NCBI GenBank assembly: GCA_020891255.1
Contig: BQFW01000010.1
Span: forward strand, 1,736,001 to 1,800,000
Reading direction: 5' to 3'
Length of the DNA stretch: 64,000 bases
DNA from: Entomortierella parvispora E1425
Taxonomy: Eukaryota; Fungi; Mortierellomycota
Shown here: one piece after another, positions 56,014 to 64,000 of the stretch
Position numbering within the stretch: the first letter of the stretch is position 1
Layout of the letters: each line of letters starts with the position of its first letter
The notes under the pieces: generated by a model
What the model was told of the DNA's origin: nothing
Seen by the model: only the letters and a program-made list of their open reading frames with translations
Database searches by the model: none
Position numbers and translations under genes: made by a program

Positions 56014-57249
56014 ATGCCAAGCAGAAAATATATACTGGAAAATGTCTTTGGAATGCTAGGCATTGTTTTCTGGTCCTTTCAGCTCCTTCCACAAATCATT
56101 GACAACTATAAGGCCAGGACTACCAAAGGATTGTCTTTGACCATGTTCGTCATCTGGACTCTGGCCGCCTTGGGATTTGGATGTTATAGTATCGTCGAGG
56201 AATTGTCGATCCCGATCATTTTGCAGCCTCATATTTTTGGATTATTGTCGTTGATTGTATGTCTGCAATGCTTTTATTACGGCCAAGGAAAAGGACAACA
56301 ACAAGACGACTTTGGGGACGGTCAAACTCAGGGACTGGGCGAAGCACAAGAGGTACATGGATGGTCGGTAACATCGTGGAAGAGAGGCACATTTGGACAT
56401 TCACTGAAAAGAACCGTTTTGTTGGGCTTGCCTTCGTTCTTGGTCCTCGCAGGCATTGAAGTTGGAGCCGTTTTTGGGACAAAGGTACAGCAGATGGAAG
56501 CGATGAACAAAAACAGGAGACATCCATCGACATGACTTTTTTTCTTCATTCCCTCCATTACTCCATTACTCGTTCCGTTCATCCATGCAAACTACTCACC
56601 GATCTGATGAGATGGCGCAAAAGACCACGGTTCATCCCTGACTCACCTAGTTGTTCTCTCCAATTGCTCTACCGACAAATCTTAGGCTGGGATCGCACAC
56701 AATGTCAAGGGGACGCTCAGTGCATCCGGGATTATCCCGGTTGTCTTGCTCGGCCTGGGCTTTCTGCCTCAATATGTCGACATCTTCCATCACCGATCCG
56801 TTGTTGGCGTTTCCATGGTCTTCATCACAGGAGATGCACTGGGCTCCATTTTTTCTTTGATCAGTCTGGCCTTCAGGGAGATTTTCGATCTTCTGGCGGC
56901 TATGAACTACGTGATTGTTCTAGTTTGCGATCTTATTGTGGTCGGATTTTTCATCTGGTTCAACAAGAACCACCCGGAGCTGAAACGCGAGCCCGGAAAG
57001 GATCGAGTGCTGGATGAGATTGATCCATCAACACCTGCGGGAAATCCCATGGTCGATTCAGGTTTAGAGACTTCAATAACAGTTACATCCCAAACAACCT
57101 ACATCGATAATTGCGCAAGAGGTGACCCTGGACACAAGCGGTCTTTTGGCCAGACCGCAAAGGATGAAGAACAGCAAAGCGAAGTTCCGCCAACGACAAT
57201 AATCTCTCAAACACTCCTCTCCACCCAACCTGTTGCAATATATTTATAA
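56014..57249 (+). CDS. PQ-loop repeat membrane transporter
   Basis: Two PQ motifs (FWSFQLLPQIIDNYKARTTKGLS; LGFLPQYVDIFHHRSVVGVS) with hydrophobic helices. Exons 56014-56484 and 56686-57249 join in frame. Confidence 0.9.
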
Positions 57250-59588
57250 ACTTATACCCAATTGATGTTGGATTGCTGGTTCTGCGCCATTTCAAACGGG
57301 CAGAAAGATGTTACTAGTTCAAGGCTAAATGGCGCACGAACTACAATCTCATACTTGACACACCAAGATCTGTGAAGCGGGCAACAAATGCATCTTCAGG
57401 ACCACAAGTGTCTCTGGTTAAGGCACTTGCTGTTGACATGATCAAGACTGTCCTACTTATATAACCGAAGGAGGTGGGAGCTCCTGGATCCAAGTGAACA
57501 AATGTAGTCGTCCACGCATGTAGGTATCATATGTCAGCATCGGCTAATGAACCAGAAAAAAGTGAACACTTGCCATGATCTGTGCCGCAATATCGGCGAT
57601 GCATGTCCGTTCTCCTTATCGAACAACCAGGAACTTGGGCCGAATTTGGCATGCCACCATTTGTAAGATCGATATTGTCTCTCAACAATACTGCCATGGC
57701 ATATGTTCCGCTCCCCTTCGTCGACATCTTGGTTCCCATCCATAGGACCAGCCTGGTATCATTACCCTTTGTGATGATGAGCCACTTCCTCCTTGTCCTC
57801 TCGAGTTCGCTTTGATTCAATCGTTGGCCCGTTTAGCCTACACTACACCCAGTATGTGAGTCCGAATGATTCCTTACCTTGTCCCTCAGTCTGCAATTCA
57901 TAATAAACCATGCCTTTCGACTCTTTTCTTATTCCTGCATTGTCTGGCCATGAAATCGAGTCAAGAAGTCATGGCAAACATCGAGCAACATCATGACTTG
58001 TCTCCCTTGCACTTCAGATACTTCATGGGAAAAACAAATCGAGACAGCGCGTCTCGGGAATGGCAGTAGCCTTTTCTCTTGCGTCGCCCTCCTCCCATTT
58101 CTTTCTTGTCGTGCTCTTCCACTTCCCTTTCATCTTTCCTCCCTCTTCCTTTTTGCGTTAGGCTCATTCGCGGACTGAGTGGATACATACCCATCGATGC
58201 CAGGCTCCGACGCTCATCTTCGCTTTACAGTCTTGGTTGTTGATTTGCCGCACTTCGCGTAGAACCCACCCATCTCTTCTGTTGATGGGCTGCCTAACCC
58301 AAATGTTTCTCTACATTGTCCTCTTCTAGCTTTCATGGCCTCTTTCTCTGTTGGAGCACCACTGCTATTCCCAGTGGCGCCAGAGGAAACCGGACGCGGA
58401 ATCAAAAAAAAAAAAAAAAAAAAAAAAAATCGCGTCTTGACGCGCGCAGAGCACAACATACCGAAGGGACTTGGAGGAGGAGGTCGCACCATCCACTGTG
58501 ACAACTCTCGCTCCATGCCTACATCAGGGTGCACATGTGCATCCAAGGTCTAAAGAAGGAGCAATCTTGGAGAAGCACTTTGCAGCTGCTGACACAAAAA
58601 AAAAGTCAACGACTCTTCACCGTGTTTTCGTTTGTTGTCCACATCGCATGGACTGATCGTTCCTGAACTCTCTTGCCCTTCTCTTCTCTTTCCTCTTGTC
58701 TCTACCTTCTCTTCCCTTCCATTCCCTCTCGACAATCATCCCGAGACCATTGTCGAGGGGGAGAAATGCGCGTTGTTGTTTGTTGCCGTTGGGACTGATC
58801 ATCCCTGAACTAGTCTCTTTTTCTCTCCCTTCCCTCCATCTCTCTTTGTCTCTTACCTTCCTAGGCTTGCCATCTCGTCTCTTCCATACCTCCATCTCTT
58901 CCATTTACAGCATTCGCTCATGCCGGACAGATGGGTGCTAACCCGACCTTGACTTGTTGGAAACAAATGCCCTTCAGCTCCAGCAGCAGAGGGAACCTCA
59001 AAAAAAAGGGGGACAAATGTCCTCATGTCCTGACACGTCGATCCAGTCCATGCCCTGCGGCGCGACAGCGAAGAGAATTGGAGGATACTGCGCTGCCGAC
59101 TGTGCCATCTATCTCCACATCAGAGTGGACATGTCCAACCAAGGGAGGAGTAAAATTCTTGGAAGAGCAGTTTACAGCTGCTGATGAGAAAAAAAACCCC
59201 CCAAGAGCCCTGCCCCCTTTTTGTTTGTTGTCGCATGGACTGATCGTTTCTGTCTCCTCATGATGATCGTCTCTTCTCTTCTCTCTCGGTCGTCTCTCTT
59301 TTCGGAACTCATTATCTTCCCTGTTGCTTCTCTCTTCTCTTCTCTCTTGCTCGTTTCTTCCTCCGCCTTATCCTTCTCTTTTCCCTCTTTCTCTTCCCTT
59401 CTCTTCCGTCTTGTTCCTCTCATGTCTTCCCTCTCTTCTCTTCTTTCTTGCTCCACCGTTTTCTTCCTCTTATTTTCCTTTGACGGTGTTTTCTTTTCTC
59501 TTGAACTTGTCAACTGTCCCTCTCTTCTTCTCTCTCCCTTCTTTAGTTTCTTCTCTTCCCTCTTGGTCGTCTTTCGTCTTCTCTTCTC

Positions 59589-59731
59589 TCTTGTTCGTCG
59601 GTCTTGATCGTCTCTCGTCTTCTCGTCTCTCTTGTTCGTCGGTCTTGATCGTCTCTCGTCTTCTCGTCTCTCTTGTTCGTCAGTCTTGATCGTCTCTCGT
59701 CTTCTCGTCTCTCTTGTTCGTCAGTCTTGAT
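59589..59731. repeat. 41-bp minisatellite, ~3.5 copies
   Basis: CTTGTTCGTCRGTCTTGATC starts recur at a 41-nt period (about 59590, 59631, 59672, 59713). Confidence 0.9.
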
Positions 59732-59940
59732 CATTTCTTGTCTTCACTCTCGCACTTTTTGGTCGCACGATGTGAGTTTCGTGCTCGTCCACCCTTCCTC
59801 GGGATGACAGCGCAAAAAAAAAAAAAGCACAAAAGGGACCCGCATGGACTGATCGCACCGGGGTCGTTTGTCTCAGCTGTTGTTGTCCTCTCGTCCCTCT
59901 CTTCTCTTCCTCCTCTTCTCCTCCCTCTTGTTCCTCCTCC

Positions 59941-60156
59941 CTCTTGTTCCTCCTCTTCTCTTTCCTCTTGTTCCTCCTCTTCTCTTTCCTCTTGTTCCTC
60001 CTCTTCTCTTTCCTCTTGTTCCTCCTCTTCTCTTTCCTCTTGTTCCTCCTCTTCTCTTTCCTCTTGTTCCTCCTCTTCTCTTTCCTCTTGTTCCTCCTCT
60101 TCTCCTCCCTCTTGTTCCTCCTCTTCTCCTCCCTCTTGTTCCTCCTCTTCTCTTTC
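59941..60156. repeat. 24-bp minisatellite, 9 copies
   Basis: The unit CTCTTGTTCCTCCTCTTCTCTTTC (variant ending CTCC) repeats in tandem. Confidence 0.95.
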
Positions 60157-60760
60157 CTTTTTCCTTTTTTTTTTTTTTTTTTTTTCAACATTTTATTTGC
60201 TATGTCGAGCCAAAGAAGTGAAGTGCGAGACCAAACTATCTACAACCTGAGCAAAGCCGCTTGGTCCAGACGACAAATGACCCCGGATCCCCGCGCAACA
60301 AATGCCACGACTCGTCGCCGTGTTATAAAGAAGAGTAAAATGTTACAAAAAATGGATCTTCCCCATCTTTTCTAATGTCGATAAGTGAACCTGGCCACGC
60401 ACACAAGCCAGTAGTCGCTGGTCAGCCAGCGTAGGATCGTCTTGGGCACCTGGGCAGAGGCCTTTGTGGTGGTCAGTGTAAGCCTTGCCGCATTGGCAGA
60501 TGCCTGGCGCAAGGATCGCACCAGAGGCGTTGTTCCACGGCTGCCCCGAGGGGGCCTCTTCTCTTTCCTCCTGTCCTCTTCCCTCCCAAGACCAATGTTC
60601 TTTTGGATGGGGCCAGTGCAGCCTCCATTTGTCCAAAAAAAAAGGCCGAGGGGGAAACGGGCGGTTGTTGTTTGTTGGATGGAGCGTCCCTGACCTTGTG
60701 TCTTTTTCTCCCGTCTTCTCTAGCCATCTCAACCCATCCTCCTTTCATCCCTCTCGTCTC

Positions 60761-60893
60761 TTGCATTCATCTCGTCCCTTGCATTCATCTCGTCCCTTGC
60801 ATTCATCTCGTCCTTTGCATCCATCTCATCCCTTGCATCCATCTCGTCTCTTGCATCCATCTCGTCTCTTGCATTCATCTCGTCTCTTGCATC
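60761..60893. repeat. 18-bp minisatellite, ~7 copies
   Basis: The unit TTGCATYCATCTCGTCYC repeats in tandem. Confidence 0.9.
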
Positions 60894-61122
60894 GTTTGAC
60901 CTTCTCGTCTCCTGCATTCCACAGTTCTTGCATCCCTCTCTCTTGTCTCTCTTTTTTTGCATCCCTTTCCTCTCATGTCTCTCGTCTCGATTCCTGCATC
61001 CTTCCTTTCTCCTCGACTCTTGCATCCATCCTTACCCTGTCCTCCCGTATCTAGCATCCGTCTTCTTTTTTGGATCTTTCGCCTCTTTTGCATCTCTCGT
61101 CTCCTGCCCTTTTCCTTTTTGT

Positions 61123-61253
61123 ATCTCTCTTCTCTGTTGCATCTCTCTTCTCTGTTGCATCTCTCTTCTCTGTTGCATTTCTCTTCTCTATTGCATCTCT
61201 CTTCTCTGTTGCATTTCTCTTCTCTATTGCATCTCTCTTCTCTGTTGCATCTC
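61123..61253. repeat. 18-bp minisatellite, ~7 copies
   Basis: The unit TCTCTTCTCTRTTGCATY repeats in tandem. Confidence 0.9.
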
Positions 61254-62539
61254 ATCTCGTGCATCCTTCTCCTCTCATGATTCGAACTCACATCTTGCAC
61301 CTTTTGCAGCCGCCGTCTAAACCGACCCAGTGCATCCAACTCGACTCTTGCATCAAACATAAGCGGGTCTTTTGTGCCCCTGTCTTTCTTTTCGCTCTCT
61401 TCTCCTCTCTTCTCTTCGTGTTGTCGCAAGCTTAAGCGTTACCTCTCGCTTTCTCCTTCCTTTCTCACGCGTTGCTCGCTACTCCTTCCCTTTGTCGTCA
61501 ACAACTTCTTTTACATCGAATCATACGGAGAAGAAAGCTCATTCAATCTAGCCCTGAACCAGAGTGGACATGCGACAAACGAGATGCATGCAGGAAGCAT
61601 GGAGTGATTAATTCAGGCCTGCGCACTTCTCAGGTAAGTCCTCTCTACCCTCAACTGCTAGATTTCTCTGGTCCTCAGGCAGAGCATGCAGTAGCGAGGA
61701 ACGAGACGATTCCAGGGCAAAGTCACCGCAGTCTCATGTGTTTTGCGCCCTCGTCTCTGCCCTCTTGTTCCTACTTTTGTCTAGCGTGTACAACTTTTAA
61801 TAAAAAAACTACGTGACAACTGCACGAGCTGATGTTCTTGTCTGCATGCACGATGAGGAGAGTAAACACTGCAGACTTGGCTCTTTTTCCTTCTCGTACT
61901 TCATGAAATGCAGCCACGAATTGTCGTAAGTGTCTAGCTCTCGGCTCCTGTCACCACTTCACTCCTCCATCTTACAGATGAATTTTTTTTAAAAAAAAAC
62001 GAAATCTAAGAACAGCAATTACGCATCAACTACATTGTCAATCATCGATTTTTCTTTATGAATATAGACCTGACCTTTGATGAATAGGAACCTTCCCATA
62101 TGAAAATCACCTTGGTCGTCAACGTAGATATCGAGAAATGAGCGTTCGATTTTCAAAAAAAACGAGATTGAAAAATGCAATTGCTCAAGATCCACCTTAT
62201 TGATTGACGATGTTTTTGGCCGGGTGGAATACTTGTGAGGGGAGCTATCTAATACACCATATCTTATGTCTCTACGAAGGAAAAAAAGCACCTTGTTTTT
62301 ATATCTTCAGAAAAGCAAGGCCGAAGCCGGATTCGAACCCGGGAGCAAAAGTAAACAAAAGGAACGCCTAATAGTCCAGGAGGTCTAAGCCACATATTCT
62401 TCACATATTTCCTTTTTAGGACAAAACCAAAAACGCATCGTACGGTCGATCTGAACGGCGCAAACAATGCACAGACGCTCCAGGACGTCATTAAACTGTT
62501 CAAATACGCGAGTTTAGGGCGAATAAACCCTAAAATAAG

Positions 62540-62613
62540 TTTTTAGGGTTTTTTTAGGGTTTTTTAGGTTTTTTTAGGGGTTTTTAGGGTTTTTTAGGGT
62601 TTTTTTAGGTTTT
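62540..62613 (+). repeat. Internal telomere-like tract, seven T5-7AG2-4 units
   Basis: T5AG3, T7AG3, T6AG2, T7AG4, T5AG3, T6AG3, T7AG2. It is preceded by an inverted CCCTAAAA (62528-62535) and a lone TTTAGGG (62513-62519). Confidence 0.8.
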
Positions 62614-62664
62614 AATTCTTTAATGGGGTATGCCAGTCGGCTCAATGCTTGATGGTTTACGGGG

Positions 62665-63243
62665 CTATCTGGGGCCACGCCTGGAGGCGGGGCGGGAGTG
62701 GTATGGTTTGGGGCGGGAGTGGGCACGCTTGGGCTTGGGATGGGCCTGTGGCCTGAGGCGGAAGAGGTGATGAGAGATCTGATCACTCAAATCCATGAAC
62801 TGGTCCTCCAGGTCATCCAAGCCTTGCATCGCCGAATGTTCGCCTACTTGGGCTTGCTCGTGTATCCTGAGGCGCGCTTCGACATACTCGAAGCGCCTTT
62901 GGAGAGTCTGAACGAAGGTCTCCAGGGCCTGGGTATATTGCCTCGGATGCATAGGGGTTGGGGCGTCTTGTGGTTGGTGAACGTCAACCACGGGCGCCTG
63001 GTCGACAGTGCCAGTCGCTGCCTGTGACAGGGGGGGGAGTCCACCCCCCATTGTCTCCAGCGGGCTCTGTGGCACCATCTCCAACAGGTCTTGTTCTTGC
63101 TCGAGCGCCGGCAATGGTTGGGTAGCCTCATCGTCCGCATCAGCCACTGCAATAGGAGTATCGAGGGTGGAGTGGAGACAAGAAGTGAGTTTTATTATAT
63201 TGCAAGTTTCTAGCTTTTGTAGGTACACATCGCGTGATGTCAC
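62665..63243 (-). CDS. Small ORF between the chromovirus LTR and the telomere-like tract (acidic N-part, coiled-coil-like middle, basic C-tail)
   Basis: An open frame of 192 codons. Its first true ATG lies near 63085 (MVPQSPLETMG...ALETFVQTLQRRFEYVEARLRIHEQ...LDDLEDQFMDLSDQI...RPKPYHSRPASRRGPR*). Function unknown; it may be a gag-like fragment. Confidence 0.45.
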   Translation of the reverse strand: MTSRDVYLQKLETCNIIKLTSCLHSTLDTPIAVADADDEATQPLPALEQEQDLLEMVPQSPLETMGGGLPPLSQAATGTVDQAPVVDVHQPQDAPTPMHPRQYTQALETFVQTLQRRFEYVEARLRIHEQAQVGEHSAMQGLDDLEDQFMDLSDQISHHLFRLRPQAHPKPKRAHSRPKPYHSRPASRRGPR

Positions 63244-64000
63244 CGTATTCCTGTTACACCTTCCCCTTTTAAAAAATGATACCGTGCTGCTCTTTGAAGG
63301 TTGTGACCAAGTCCATGCAGTTGTCCAAGTTGCTTACTGGGAGCCATTCGTCAGCTTCTCTGCCGTAGCCTTTGAATGACACTAGGAACTGGTGTTGTCT
63401 GCGGTAGAAGCGGTACTTTAAAATTTCGTCCACTTCATACTCCTCTTCGCCGTCAATTACAGTGGGATCCACGGGGGCAGGAGCTCGAATGCCGAGTGAC
63501 TCCGGGGACGGCAAATAGGGTCGAAAAGGTATCAACGTGGAAGACGTCATGGATTTTGTAGAATGGTGGCAGCTCGACGCGGAAGGTGACAGGTGAGTGT
63601 TGCTCCAAAAGTGTGAACGGGCCAAGGAATTGAGGTCGAAGTTTATCGGCTGGTCTGATACTGTCGGCAGGGATGGTGATATTGGTGGCACGCAGCAGGA
63701 CCTTATCGCCAACCTTGTACTTGTGATCCCGTCGTCGCTTGTTTGCCTGTTGCTCCTGATGATCCTGAGCACGCTGCAGAGCATCCTGGGCCAGGGCAAG
63801 GGTGGTCGCCTGCTCAGTCAGGAAGGTATCGACAGTGGGGACTGAGCTGCTGGGTTTACCGAGGAGAGCGGTGGGGGAGACGAGGGTGCTGGCCAGAGTT
63901 GAGGAAGAACGGCGAGTATCCCGTGGATGCATTGACAGCGTTGTTATAGGCGAATTCCAGTGACGGAAGGAGCTGGTCCCAGTTAGACTGCTTGTTGTCA
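63148..64000 (-). mobile_element. 3' end of a Ty3/Gypsy chromovirus: integrase C-terminus, chromodomain, PPT and start of the 3' LTR
   Basis: KYKVGDKVLL...KLRPQFLGPF...VELP...IHDVFHV (GPY/F-type region) and chromodomain EEEYEVDEILKYR...QFLVSFKGYGREADEWLPVSNLDNC. PPT AAAAGGGGAAGG (63270-63259) is followed directly by TGTAACAG (LTR start, 63258). The left LTR boundary at 63148 is tentative. Confidence 0.92.

Larger units (their letters stand above)
58400..61500. repeat. Subtelomere-like block of degenerate ~600-bp units with pyrimidine-rich tracts
   Basis: The 14-mer GCATGGACTGATCG recurs at 58646, 59233 and 59842, each after an oligo-A run and before a C/T-rich tract. CAGCTGCTGA...A8-9 is shared by the first two units. 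Confidence 0.75.

Noticed and set aside
57527-57820. 97-aa minus ORF with YCGTDHG, reminiscent of a TnpB/Fanzor RuvC-I motif
   Set aside because: Only a 5-7 residue resemblance. I found no downstream RuvC-II Glu, zinc finger, RuvC-III or element ends. An HMM search would be needed to revive it.
59589-61253. Short regular repeats considered as a CRISPR-like array
   Set aside because: The units are directly tandem with no unique spacers, in a eukaryotic context with no cas genes.
62019-62291. Minus ORF containing FLDIYVDD, suggestive of a reverse transcriptase motif
   Set aside because: The flanking residues fit neither RT motif C (hydrophobic residues after DD) nor the Penelope FLD...YRKPT thumb. 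It is AT-rich sequence with no other RT motifs.

Overview
Intron-rich fungal nuclear DNA of about 50% GC. Gene style and content suggest Mucoromycota, probably Mortierellaceae; this is an inference. Positions 1-57.3 kb are an ordinary chromosome arm with about 17 genes: ATP2, BFR1-like, CCDC124, RPL18, a 2OG-Fe(II) oxygenase, PRP43, ClpX/MCX1, RSA4, siroheme synthase, MAM3/CNNM, a KIN1-like kinase, HEL2, a StuA-type APSES factor, a PQ-loop transporter and a few orphans. It also holds a decayed PD-(D/E)xK-like nuclease gene and a weak retroelement relic. From about 58.3 kb the sequence looks subtelomeric. There are ~600-bp degenerate units with pyrimidine-rich minisatellites, then an internal telomere-like tract (T5-7AG2-4)x7 with an inverted copy, then a Ty3/Gypsy chromovirus 3' end that runs off the window. 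Two features stand out. One is a tandem pair of ~130-nt foldback elements upstream of ATP2 with two compensatory base-pair changes and an inverted inner hairpin; I could not match it to any RNA family I know. The other is the telomere-repeat/small ORF/chromovirus junction. All homology calls are from motif recognition by eye; no searches were run.
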